Positions 11,001 to 19,881 of a DNA stretch of 64,000 nucleotides are shown one piece after another; positions within the stretch are counted from its first letter, which is position 1; each line of letters starts with the position of its first letter. The stretch spans positions 4,384,001 to 4,448,000 of the forward strand of contig OZ251518.1 of NCBI GenBank assembly GCA_965242965.1. The letters are read 5' to 3'. This stretch comes from Candidatus Poribacteria bacterium (GTDB taxonomy: Bacteria; Poribacteria; WGA-4E; WGA-3G). The notes beneath the pieces were generated by a model. The model had not been told where the DNA came from. It worked only from the letters and a program-made list of their open reading frames with translations, and did no database searches. Made by a program: the position numbers and the translations under genes.

Positions 11001-11331
11001 TTGTGAGGAAACCGGTGCCATATTGCCCGATTGTCCGTTCCTCCTCAACTTTCGTTGAACCATGAAAAATGAGGTGGGCTATCTCGCGCTCCGTAAATCC
11101 TTTTCCATTGTGCAAAAAGGTGAGTTCGTTGGGAAGACATTGCACGGTTGCAATAAGGCTATCTCTACCCATTGAAGCGTCGCGTGCGTTCTGCAACAGT
11201 TCCCAGATCCACCGCTTCAACCTACTTTTACGGTTCCACTTCAACTCATTGAGTTTTTGGTAAACTCCCTGTGCAGTATTCTCAGATAGAACAATATCTT
11301 TCGTTTCGGCCTTTGTCAATTGGGTTGTCAT
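8086..11331 (-). CDS. Sacsin/NOV-like GHKL ATPase with C-terminal DUF3883-like nuclease domain
   Basis: WELLQNARDA, HNGKGF and GQYGTGF GHKL motifs; C-terminal GSDF..LIEVKST PD-(D/E)xK-like motif. Confidence 0.8.
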   Translation of the reverse strand: MTTQLTKAETKDIVLSENTAQGVYQKLNELKWNRKSRLKRWIWELLQNARDASMGRDSLIATVQCLPNELTFLHNGKGFTEREIAHLIFHGSTKVEEERTIGQYGTGFLTTHLLSPKIYVSGQLGDSWFYFCLERKPDSVASLRESMDLAWKNFNPTPSLQVPIPDCFTTRFVYPLEDDARDAVAKGITTLKQCAPFVVVFNQEFSRIDIENRGETICFEVVERPPQDSEEIQQITVAEITDGNRRERKYLLAQGEKTSVTIPLESDGDSSVCSPIEDTPRLFLGFPLVGTESFSFPTVINSFKFTPTENRDGVYLGQGDNDENVKNQEAIEEACQLLVKMLRYAASSGWRNAHLLTEVPAIPGKDWLNQEWLRTRVTENLIEEICQTPAVLNEAGDAVAPKEALLPLAQRDTSVTALWDLLADWQGNREKLPRRDEAAGWYKAINSWASVSDCQTSEFGEDGAQLARRVEQRCSSLADLQNLLQVEVCTVEWLDRLYRFLRDNGFDRDIRNRRFVPNQVGEFHQLSNLRRDLGIDEELKTIGELLEWRIRRKLRDTRLTSLAGETGEGDWDSEYVVDTLIKKLQERARKNPDENFKAASASLFAWIVGREDWERLQGFPVFAEDGNSDIISLKRALLDDNQLLVPVRAWAADLQPYSELFPQRRILDSTFFEKAPNSDVWQTLDQEGFLRKNVIITKEVYHDSFLPAQPLTEEDDHKTSELVPVTNVVFLTTDDIGILDRVRQSQRLARRFWEFLTEWSIIHDAKGLETCEALCDCGKEHCYYAAEWLVPLVERKWVPLGNRKADYASAQSLANLLRGSGWDPSSLNQNPAAVKLLEAMRVAESDLRLELATTNPDERNKLISEITELHQATGGDLKQVRALVQDVKDDENLLQHLEERRKKRRVRSNNQRLGQHVEKLVKKALEQSCFSVERTGTGSDFEVSDLGTLSLTQDNQSWLIEVKSTRGQSVLMSSRQVETAVETVGRFLLCIVPIVENTEPDLDTVKKDMRFINNIGDHIVPLCQDLADLEEWRAEVTANRSFEGFRLVYEAGTKGIRVNKSVWESEGFSLEDLAENLGKND

Positions 11332-11876
11332 CGTAACCCTCCCTATGAAAATGCGTAAAGTTTAGACAATATGTCTAGTGGTTTCGGTTCAACCACCAAA
11401 CTCTTCGGAGTTGCAGTGCCGATTTTCAAGGAAACAGCTTGCAAGTTGACTGCCTCCGCCTTTGAGTTCAGCGTTTTGACGCGAAGGAAAACAGCGCGTC
11501 AGTCTTAACGAAACCAAGTTACGACGGTGTGCAAAGTCCTGCGTCTCGGTAAGTTCACGGACCGCAGTTCGGCTGGGCCTGTTCATGAATCCACGCGCTT
11601 TACACAACGTGTTGACGGATCCGAGTGCCGCGTTTCGGAAGAGGCCATTCACGAACCCGCATAAGGGACAACGGATTTTTCAATGGGACGTAGAATACCA
11701 CAAAAGCGAAAAATTTGCAAAAAAAAATGTTCGCGGAGATTTTGTTGATTTGTTATCAACATGCTCATTTTACAAAAAATCCACATTTTGTGCAACCGTT
11801 TTTTTTTTTGCGAAACCGGTCTCAAAATCAATCGGGCCTTAGCAAATTCCATATTTGTAACTTTGACTCTGGACAT

Positions 11877-12040
11877 GGCGAGGGACAGGCCCTCGCCCTA
11901 CGGTTAATTGAGGGTGTTTCATATCTCGATGCCTTCTGGGTAGGAGAGACATCCTTGTCCCGATAAAAACAGCAACAAAACGCATCGAGACCGGGAGGTT
12001 CCTCCTACCCAAAGAATCGAGACCGGGAGGTCCCTCCTAC
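11877..12040. repeat. REP-like cluster with a solitary MITE end
   Basis: GGCGAGGG hairpin, GAGGGTGTTTCATA at 11910, and three GAGAC/GGGAC-type hairpins. Confidence 0.8.
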
Positions 12041-12093
12041 CAGGAAGGCATTGAGATTCTATCATATCATTGAATCGGCGATGGAGTCGTTTA

Positions 12094-13104
12094 TCATTCC
12101 GCTATCTCGATGTGCACAGGCAAATCCACTGCTGGAAACACTTCGTCAAGCAACGCGTAGAGTAATGGGTCTTGCTCTATCAACTTCGCGCGTTGCAGCT
12201 CATCATGAAGGTTGTCGCCGTGAGTGTCCGAAAACCATTCGTCTGCACCGACAGCCCAGTATTCCAGCTCGTTCGTCAGTGCATAATCGTCCGGGTCGTC
12301 AAAAAAACCCTTGCCCTGCTGTGCTTTCGCCGTCGCTACTTCAAACGCCGCGGTTAAACGCGTACCCCAGTCAGGAAAGAGATGTGGATGCCGGTCAAAC
12401 GCATCATCTATTGCATGCGCCCACTCATGCACCACGACGTAACTAGTCAAGACTGGCTCCCATTTAGAGTGGTGCCACGCAAGGCCGCCCACCGCCATAC
12501 CCGAAGCATAAAAACCCACAGTCACGCCGATGAGACGCAACTCGAGCGGCATGTGCACCTCATACGCCCAGTCGGCACTCACCAGCACATAGCGAAATCC
12601 ATTTTCGGGAGACATCACCTCACGTAACTCAGGCCGTTTCGAGGTCATCGTCAGAAGAATCTCGCGCGCCGCAAAAAGGAACTCATCGCGCACACCGTCA
12701 AGGGACGTGCGTGCGGAAGGCGCGAGAATGGCGATACCGTCCGCGTCAATATATTTATCATAAAACAGCCGGCGATGCACCTGTATGCAGAACTGTGTGA
12801 AAGGCGAGCCCACGGTACTCTCTGTCCTCTCAATCGGAGGGAGCTCCGGTAGGCTCAACAGCCATTCCAAGTAGTCGAGTGACGCGTCCCAACTGCCCCA
12901 CAGCGCATCCTCAATCTCTGTCGGCACCGGTGACACCACCAGCTCGCTCCCAGTCCCAACAGCAATCTCGGCCGTCAACGGAACGCGCACCTGCACCGGT
13001 GGCGCAGCATCCGGTAAAAGTTCCGTCAGGATACCGCGGTCGCCATCAAAGCAACCGATACTCAAAACGACAAACGTCAAACAGACAAACGTGATAATTT
13101 TCAT
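12094..13104 (-). CDS. Putative zinc metallopeptidase lipoprotein (zincin)
   Basis: Lipobox LSIGC; VVHEWAHAID (HExxH) and downstream YALTNELEYWA; start at ATG 13104 after AGGAG. Confidence 0.7.
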   Translation of the reverse strand: MKIITFVCLTFVVLSIGCFDGDRGILTELLPDAAPPVQVRVPLTAEIAVGTGSELVVSPVPTEIEDALWGSWDASLDYLEWLLSLPELPPIERTESTVGSPFTQFCIQVHRRLFYDKYIDADGIAILAPSARTSLDGVRDEFLFAAREILLTMTSKRPELREVMSPENGFRYVLVSADWAYEVHMPLELRLIGVTVGFYASGMAVGGLAWHHSKWEPVLTSYVVVHEWAHAIDDAFDRHPHLFPDWGTRLTAAFEVATAKAQQGKGFFDDPDDYALTNELEYWAVGADEWFSDTHGDNLHDELQRAKLIEQDPLLYALLDEVFPAVDLPVHIEIAE

Positions 13105-13285
13105 GAGTCTCCTTGTTATTCGGGACTGCCTGCTAATTAGCAAACACCGCTAGGGTTTCCTTCCAAGCGCGAACCGCTTGGATGCATCGGTCAAAAATGC
13201 TTTAGGGTTACTCGTCATACGCTTATCTCAACGGAACGGACAACTATAGAAAACCAATTAGATGTCATTAAAGCGCGACTACCCG

Positions 13286-14350
13286 TTAATGCAAAACACT
13301 CACATCATCCGCACCATGCACCGGATGCGGACTCAAATCGTAATTCCCATCAAGCGAAATGTCGTCAATCTTGACAATCTCACCGGATTTGGCAGACTGA
13401 TGCATCGCGAACACCGTTTGAACGACATGTAAGTTGCCGCGGCCATCCGTTATCGGTTTCTGTCCGGTGAGGATGCAGTCTAGGAAGTGTCCCATCGCAT
13501 TGCCAAACGCATCGGGAAACCAAGTGCCTTGTATTGCCGGACGAATTTCTTGCGTTTCAGGTTCAGTGAGGTGAACGCACATATTTTCGCTGTTGCCGTA
13601 AATCGCGCCTTTTGTGCCTTGAATGCGGATTTCCTCGTGTGGATGTTGGAGATTCCGGCCCGGATTCGCCAGAAAAGCCCAATTGCAAGAGAGCAATCCC
13701 TGTGTGCCGTTCCGGCTGGTAAAGATCGCGACAGAGAGTGCCTCGCCTTCGTCAATCGTGCTGTCATGTCCGTGCGCTTGGCAGTAAACGCTTTCGTATT
13801 CGCCGAACCACTTATAGACGAGCCCGATGTGATGCACCTGCATCGCCGGGATAAGATGTTGTTCAGGGAAAGTGGTATAGAATCCGTTGCAGGTAATAGA
13901 AACGTGATAAATTTCGCCGAGGTGCTCGGCGTTGATGTAAGGTTCAATGGCGAGAAAGCCGGGGACGAAGCAGGAATTTTGATTCACCATGAGCCGCACA
14001 TTGTGTTGCTCACAGCGTTCCACCATCTCCACGGCTTGGCGCATGGACATGGCGAACGGTTTCTGGCAGAGGATGTGTTTGCCGGCTTCCGCTGCGGCTT
14101 TGATAATAGGCAGGCGGAGCCACGGTTGCACAGCGAGATCAACGACATGCACGTTTGCATCCGCAATCAACTCGGCGATGCGGGTATACCGCTTCTCAAT
14201 CTGGAAAGTATCGCCGACTTCATTGAGGCGTGTCGCGTCCTTATCGCAGATGGCGGCGACGTTTAAACCTTGGCGTTGATATCCGAGCAGGTGCTGTTGT
14301 CCAATACCGAGCCCGATTAAACCGATGCCGAGTTCGTGGCGATTCGTCAT
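13286..14350 (-). CDS. Gfo/Idh/MocA family oxidoreductase
   Basis: GLIGLGIG Rossmann motif, GKHILCQKP; start at ATG 14350 after GAAAGGA. Confidence 0.88.
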   Translation of the reverse strand: MTNRHELGIGLIGLGIGQQHLLGYQRQGLNVAAICDKDATRLNEVGDTFQIEKRYTRIAELIADANVHVVDLAVQPWLRLPIIKAAAEAGKHILCQKPFAMSMRQAVEMVERCEQHNVRLMVNQNSCFVPGFLAIEPYINAEHLGEIYHVSITCNGFYTTFPEQHLIPAMQVHHIGLVYKWFGEYESVYCQAHGHDSTIDEGEALSVAIFTSRNGTQGLLSCNWAFLANPGRNLQHPHEEIRIQGTKGAIYGNSENMCVHLTEPETQEIRPAIQGTWFPDAFGNAMGHFLDCILTGQKPITDGRGNLHVVQTVFAMHQSAKSGEIVKIDDISLDGNYDLSPHPVHGADDVSVLH

Positions 14351-14396
14351 GTTGTATCCTTTCTGCGCTAGCCGTTTATAGGCAGCCCAGTCTTCG

Positions 14397-14993
14397 TTAG
14401 ACAAACAGCCGCACTATCGTATACAACACCGCAGTGAGCACGCTCGCGATGATAGCGGTTTTCGTCAAGCGGCGGTTTTCTTGTTGATGCCGCTCCTCAC
14501 GTTCTTGTGCCTCGCGTTTCTCGCGCTCCTCCAGAATCGTCAGCACCTTCTGCACATCGGTTTTTACGCCTTGGACATCGGTTGTAATGCCCTGGACATC
14601 GGCTTTAACACCCTGGACATCGGCTTTAACGCCTTGGACATCGGTTGTAATGCCCTGGACATCGGCTTTAACACCCTGGACATCCGCCTTAACCTCTTGC
14701 ACATCGGTTATAACGCCCTGCACCTCGGTTGTAACACCTTGGACATCGGCTTTAACACCCTGGACATCCGCCTTAACCTCTTGCACATCGGCTTTAACGC
14801 CCTGGACATCGGTTTTTACCCCCTGGACATCCGCCTTAACCTCTTGCACATCGGCTTTGACGACCTGAATTTCGGCGGTGTTCAATTGGCACTGCTTTTC
14901 AACATTCACCAACCGGTTGTTGTTCGCTTGCCCCTGTGTTTCCACGCGGGCGAGCCGGTCGATGGTGTTTTCCCGGAATTCCCGATCTGTCAT
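14397..14993 (-). CDS. Heptad-repeat coiled-coil protein with C-terminal membrane anchor
   Basis: 16 (A/T)DVQ(G/E)V(K/T)-type heptads, C-terminal hydrophobic helix, GGAGG RBS and an upstream TTGCAT-17-CATAAT promoter. Confidence 0.75.
   Translation of the reverse strand: MTDREFRENTIDRLARVETQGQANNNRLVNVEKQCQLNTAEIQVVKADVQEVKADVQGVKTDVQGVKADVQEVKADVQGVKADVQGVTTEVQGVITDVQEVKADVQGVKADVQGITTDVQGVKADVQGVKADVQGITTDVQGVKTDVQKVLTILEEREKREAQEREERHQQENRRLTKTAIIASVLTAVLYTIVRLFV
14541..14876 (-). repeat. 21-bp coding tandem repeat (16 units)
   Basis: Variants of GCCGATGTCCAGGGTGTTAAA read on the minus strand. Confidence 0.92.
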
Positions 14994-15249
14994 GATTTTC
15001 CTCCCTTTTTCATCTTGTTTGGATTTAGAGACATAGGATTTCCGAAAGATAAACTAACTATCAACCCGTGGATGTCTCTTCTATTTCTATTATGCCATAT
15101 TTTCCGGGAATATGCAAGGTTTTTCGTAGAACTATTTAATTCTCCCTGTTCTGTAGGTTGTGCTCGTCCTATCGCAACCAGGGCAAACTCGGATGAAGAA
15201 CACGGGCGGATAGAGACATCCGCCCTTACAATGGAGAGAACGAAAAACG

Positions 15250-16512
15250 TCAAATCCCCAACCCTTCATCAATCTCGCGTTGGTAGGTATTGACAGATTC
15301 ATCCAACATCGCGTCTAAACTGACGATTTGCCCCGTTGCGCCGGATTCAAGCATCGCGTAAGAGACTGCAACCGAGCGCGCGCCTTGATACGCATCCACC
15401 TCAACGGCACGGTTGCCAGCGATAGCTTCAGCGAAGTCGCCGTATTCAATGGCGATGATTTTCGCATCGGTCTGCGCAAACGGGAATTCATACCGCCAAA
15501 GCCGGTCTCCACCGAAAAGGTCTGTCGTCACGGCATCAAGGTGGAAATCTGGAACGAGGGAGAGGAGCCGCTCATCGTTAATCGTCTCCTGCCCATCGAT
15601 ATTCAGGGTGATGAGCCTGCCACTTCTGTCACCGGGCAAAGTCATCGAGCCTTTTGAACCGTGAATTTGACGGAGCCAGCTGCCCTGTCCCCACGCCCCG
15701 TGGTCTTCAATATATTGCCCGACAACACCGTTTTTGAACGTCAGCGTTGCGTAAGCGGCATCTTCAGCGGTGGCTTCAAATTCGGCAGGCATTTTCTGCT
15801 GCCACTTCGTGTATACTCCCGCGGGATTGGAGCCGGATTCCCCACTCACCGCCGCGGGATTGTGCCGAATCGGTTCGTGTAACCGGGTCTGCGCGTAGAC
15901 AGTGTCAACCTCGCCAAGCAGATACTCAATCATATCGGAATAGTGAACGCCGACATCTAGCAACACGCCACTCTGGTCCTTCTGATGTCGCCAGACAGAG
16001 ATGAGCATGCGGTTTGCACCGCCGATGGCGTGGTGGATGAGAAAGCGCGGTTTGCCGATAACCTCTGCGTCAAGCAGTGCCTTCGCTAGCCGATTCACCG
16101 GGTCGCGCCTATAATTCTCGGCGACGCTCAACACCGCGTTGGAGGCATCCGCTGCCCGACAGATGAGGTTACACGCGCGGACGGTGAGCCCCATCGGTTT
16201 CTCAACCATCGTATGCCAGCCGCGTTCCAGCGTCTCAACGGCTACGGTATGATGATACGGCGGCGTGGTGGTAACGTCCACAGCGTCAACGCCGACCTCG
16301 GCGAGCTCATCAAGGCTGCCGACGACAGCAGGCTTTGTGCCAAAGCGTTCTTCCGCTTGTGCGGCGAGTGATTCGGCATTCGCTTGCACCGGATCGCACG
16401 CGCCGACGAGCGCGAACTTCTCCCATCCAGCGCGATACAACTCTGCCAAACCATACATGTGCCGGTGTCCCATCCCGCCACATCCTACAATTGCCAAACG
16501 AATCGTGTCCAT
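15250..16512 (-). CDS. Gfo/Idh/MocA family oxidoreductase
   Basis: AIVGCGGMG, VEKPM, LLDVGVH; start at ATG 16512 after AAGGAG. The upstream ORF extension is REP sequence. Confidence 0.9.
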   Translation of the reverse strand: MDTIRLAIVGCGGMGHRHMYGLAELYRAGWEKFALVGACDPVQANAESLAAQAEERFGTKPAVVGSLDELAEVGVDAVDVTTTPPYHHTVAVETLERGWHTMVEKPMGLTVRACNLICRAADASNAVLSVAENYRRDPVNRLAKALLDAEVIGKPRFLIHHAIGGANRMLISVWRHQKDQSGVLLDVGVHYSDMIEYLLGEVDTVYAQTRLHEPIRHNPAAVSGESGSNPAGVYTKWQQKMPAEFEATAEDAAYATLTFKNGVVGQYIEDHGAWGQGSWLRQIHGSKGSMTLPGDRSGRLITLNIDGQETINDERLLSLVPDFHLDAVTTDLFGGDRLWRYEFPFAQTDAKIIAIEYGDFAEAIAGNRAVEVDAYQGARSVAVSYAMLESGATGQIVSLDAMLDESVNTYQREIDEGLGI

Positions 16513-16690
16513 AGTTATTAACTCCTTACCAAGACGGCCTGTAACCCGTAGGGCGAGGGCCTGTCCCTCGCCATGCCTCGCGCACTCCAACGCTCGCGGG
16601 GGAAACCCTCTCGGATGCGCGTATGGCATCCGAGGGCCCCCGCGCTACAGAAAAATGCCGGTGCTGAAAACTCGCGCGGCACAGCCCTAT

Positions 16691-18202
16691 CTACAGTGTC
16701 CCTTCCAACTTCCTGATGGCGGTTTCCCTGAGGGATTTATCGCCGCGGTAAAGTTTATATTGGCTCAGCACCTTCTCCGCGTACCTTTTGCCGCCGGCTG
16801 GAAGAGGCCCGCCTTTTTTCACTCTACCCGGGCCGACATTATAGGCACCGAGTGCCAACTGCCGATTTCCATCGTATTTCTCTAAAAGCATCTTTAAGTA
16901 ACTTAACCCCGCATGGAGATTCTTCCGCGCATTGAAGCGTTCATCGACTTTTCCATCTCGTGTCGGGTTGCGTCTATTTTTATACTGCGGAACTTTGAGT
17001 CCAAGTTCTCGTGCGGTAGCCGGCATCATCTGCATCAAACCGCCGGCACCACTGGGTGAAACTGCCAGCGGGTTAAAAGTTGATTCAACATACACCAACG
17101 CGAGCAGGAGCTCCAATTCAATCCCGTGCTGTTTCGCAATCTGTGCCACGTTCTTGGAAGACGTGACCTGGCTGTTCCCTCTTTTAGGCGAAGGTGTGGG
17201 CGGTGCAGTGCTTTGCGTGCCCGACGCAAGTCTATTCTTCGGCGAGTGCTGAGGGCGCGACGATGGGGTGTCCTTCGCCGCGCTTTCCTCTTCACGGTGC
17301 CCGAAGGTAAACCCAACTGAGAGCAGGTGTTTATGTTCCACATCGCCGCGATTGAGGTAAGTATAGTGGAGCTGCTTCCCCAAAGGATAGTAAGAGAGCC
17401 CTAAACTCCAGACGAGCGGCACCCCTGCCGAATAGCGCAGTTCGTTTAAATCGTCAAACGCGGAGGCAATCCCCATCCGCACCGAGATGCTTTTGGCGGA
17501 AAATTCCATGCCTGTCCCGACGTTGCGCGAGGTAGCATCAATTCGGCTGTGCCACTGGAGGGCAGAATGCAGGCGCACCGTCGCACCGAAGGCAAACTGC
17601 GGGGCAAACGTTTGCAGCACCTGTCCGTTTTGCCCGTAAATGACGACACCGGAAATATCGCGCACTCGCATCCCTAAAGTGATATTCGGATTGAGCGTGA
17701 GGAGCGCGCCGCCATCGTAACTGGGTGCCCATTGACTGTTGATGTAAGGCGCGCGGGTATAGCCGAAATTCGCGCCTAGCTGCAGCGCGCCGAACGCGCG
17801 CGCGTAAGAGAGCATCGCCTGATTGCTCCCATATTCAAACGTGCCAATGGGGTTATTAGGATGGTTGACTAGAAACCTGTCTGCACCGCCGACGTGGAAA
17901 TCCAGCAGATTCACGCCGAAGGTGCCGAGCGGGTTAATAGGATAAGCGAGGGAGAACGCGCCTTGCGAGACATCATAGATGAAATCGCCGGTTTGCAAGG
18001 TAGCGAGCCCGGCAGGATTCCAAAGTGCACCGGTAGCATCGTCTGCACTGCTGATAAACGCGCCGCTCAACCCGAGCCCGCGTGTGCCGACCTCGGGTCT
18101 CAGGCTGAGCGGTTCTGATGAACGAATCTGTTCAGAAAGCGCGCCTATCAAGAAGATAATGAGTAGAACGACACCGACAAACAGCCAGGAAGTTTGCCAA
18201 GA
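16691..18202 (-). CDS. PorV/FadL-like beta-barrel fused to an SLT lytic transglycosylase domain
   Basis: GTRGLGLSGAF..ADDATGALWNPAGL barrel-start motif; VES, GLMQ and AYNVG SLT motifs. Start uncertain: no clear in-frame ATG just before the signal-like segment. Confidence 0.72.
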   Translation of the reverse strand, partial: SWQTSWLFVGVVLLIIFLIGALSEQIRSSEPLSLRPEVGTRGLGLSGAFISSADDATGALWNPAGLATLQTGDFIYDVSQGAFSLAYPINPLGTFGVNLLDFHVGGADRFLVNHPNNPIGTFEYGSNQAMLSYARAFGALQLGANFGYTRAPYINSQWAPSYDGGALLTLNPNITLGMRVRDISGVVIYGQNGQVLQTFAPQFAFGATVRLHSALQWHSRIDATSRNVGTGMEFSAKSISVRMGIASAFDDLNELRYSAGVPLVWSLGLSYYPLGKQLHYTYLNRGDVEHKHLLSVGFTFGHREEESAAKDTPSSRPQHSPKNRLASGTQSTAPPTPSPKRGNSQVTSSKNVAQIAKQHGIELELLLALVYVESTFNPLAVSPSGAGGLMQMMPATARELGLKVPQYKNRRNPTRDGKVDERFNARKNLHAGLSYLKMLLEKYDGNRQLALGAYNVGPGRVKKGGPLPAGGKRYAEKVLSQYKLYRGDKSLRETAIRKLEGTL

Positions 18203-18248
18203 ACATGCATCAGAACCATCCCTCGCGCTACGTTTTGAGCCCTCGGTG

Positions 18249-19025
18249 TTACCGGAGGGTGAGGTAACGAACGGGATTTTCGCTTTTGCCTTTGTAGCGA
18301 ATTTCAAAATGCAGGTGAGGCCCGGTCGAACGCCCGGTATTTCCAGAGCGGCCGATAACCTGCCCCTGTTCCACTTTTTTTCCGACTGAGACGCTGATTC
18401 TTGACAAGTGTCCATACCATGTAGTCCAATCACCGGCGTGTTGGATGCCGATGACTTTTCCGTATCCGCCTTTTCGCCCGGCAAAGATAACCTTTCCGGA
18501 TTGGGCGGCGTAAACTCGGGTTCCGACAGCGGCACGGAAGTCTATGCCTTCGTGTAACCGGTAGCGGCCCGTAATCGGATGGTAGCGATGCCCATACTTC
18601 GACGTAACATTGATGGGTATCCGCAGCGGGCACTTGAAAGCAGCATCGCTTCCGTTAGGAATAAAGAGTTTCGCGCCGACGCGGAGGTGCCGAGGCGAGG
18701 AGATGTCGTTCGTTAACTGCAACACCTTCCATCCCAAGCCGTGCCTACGAGCGATGCCAGACAACGTATCCCCTGGCTGAACCTCATACCAAGTGCCGCC
18801 GAGTGACTTCCCCGGAATGCGCAACATCATCCCAATCCGGAGGCGGTTGGCATCCAAAATGCCGTTGGCTTGGATAATCGATTTCAGCGGCACGCCATAC
18901 TTCTCCGCAATCTGGGATAACGTCTCACCTCGACTCACTTCATGCTGGAGGTGCATCCCGAAAACCACGTGAGATGCCGAAACCAACAGCAAAATAACGA
19001 TAAAAATATGAATCTGTTTTCTCAT
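18249..19025 (-). CDS. LysM (x2) plus M23 family peptidase
   Basis: GETLSQIA and GDTLSGIA LysM repeats; HEGID, YGHL and TGPHLHFE motifs. Confidence 0.92.
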   Translation of the reverse strand: MRKQIHIFIVILLLVSASHVVFGMHLQHEVSRGETLSQIAEKYGVPLKSIIQANGILDANRLRIGMMLRIPGKSLGGTWYEVQPGDTLSGIARRHGLGWKVLQLTNDISSPRHLRVGAKLFIPNGSDAAFKCPLRIPINVTSKYGHRYHPITGRYRLHEGIDFRAAVGTRVYAAQSGKVIFAGRKGGYGKVIGIQHAGDWTTWYGHLSRISVSVGKKVEQGQVIGRSGNTGRSTGPHLHFEIRYKGKSENPVRYLTLR

Positions 19026-19139
19026 TGATGATACCCTAATTCTGAGTGGTGTGCTGAGCCGTTAGCGACATTAGGGGGCAAGCAAACACCTTAGGTGCTG
19101 CTCGCCACAACAGGGTGCATTAATAAAACACCCATCTAA

Positions 19140-19679
19140 CTAGTTGTCTTTAACGCTCAGCAAAATAGTCTTCGTCTCTGACAAGATTTGGGTATCGGTA
19201 TCAATTCCAGCGGCACCGACTGACACCACCTCCGTAATCACAGTCACTACGAGTTGAATGACTTCTACCTGAACGTTCGCCCCGTCTAACGTCGACGGTG
19301 CCGTCCAAGTGACTGGATTTTCAGCTGTGGCAGAAAGCGTGCCGTGTCCGGTCACGTTGAGCCAGTTCAGTGTGACACTGGTACCTTTAACCCCTTTGAC
19401 TGAAGCCGTCAACTCGACATCTTCGCCTGGTTCTACCGTCTTTTTCGTGACGGTTACCTTGACGTTGAGTTCGGCTTCTTGGACTACGTCCTCTGCATCC
19501 TCGGCGACTGCTAATTCGACAATGTCATCATCAGCACCGGTGGTTTCGGTAGTCACGGCTGTGGTATCGGATTCAGCAACGGGGTTATTAAGGTTGCTAC
19601 CGCCGCAGCTCGTCAGACTTAAGACGAAACCGACTAGGAGAACGTTTAAAAATAATGTCAGGCATTGAGATGCTCTCAT
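19140..19679 (-). CDS. Hypothetical lipoprotein with Ig-like domain
   Basis: Lipobox LTSC, acidic linker, beta-rich C-terminal half; GAGG RBS. Confidence 0.65.
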   Translation of the reverse strand: MRASQCLTLFLNVLLVGFVLSLTSCGGSNLNNPVAESDTTAVTTETTGADDDIVELAVAEDAEDVVQEAELNVKVTVTKKTVEPGEDVELTASVKGVKGTSVTLNWLNVTGHGTLSATAENPVTWTAPSTLDGANVQVEVIQLVVTVITEVVSVGAAGIDTDTQILSETKTILLSVKDN

Positions 19680-19881
19680 GATTTCACCTCTATAAACATT
19701 GCACCCCGGCGCTTTCCCGAGCGACAGGGTTTGACATGTAAAGTAACTTTTCCTCTATGCGATTTAAAAGAAAAACCTGATTATAGAAACGCATAGACAG
19801 AAAGATGGTTACAAACGGCAGAGGAGAGCATCCGACGAGTAGTGAAGGGCTGGGGATAGGTTGCCCAGCCCATTCGGGTGG

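Noticed and set aside
11345-11660. Possible gene remnant or ncRNA upstream of the sacsin-like gene
   Set aside because: A short minus-strand stretch reads protein-like (..SLVVEPKP..) but has no start or recognisable motif; too weak to call.
14481-15293. Plus-strand ORFs with LDIGFNT or PWTSALT repeats
   Set aside because: Antisense shadows of the 21-bp repeat; the minus-strand frame has the RBS, promoter and a coherent coiled coil.
19026-19139. c-di-AMP riboswitch before the LysM-M23 gene
   Set aside because: Only one long hairpin (GGCGAGCAGCACC/GGTGTTTGCTTGCC) is visible; ydaO consensus elements were not found.
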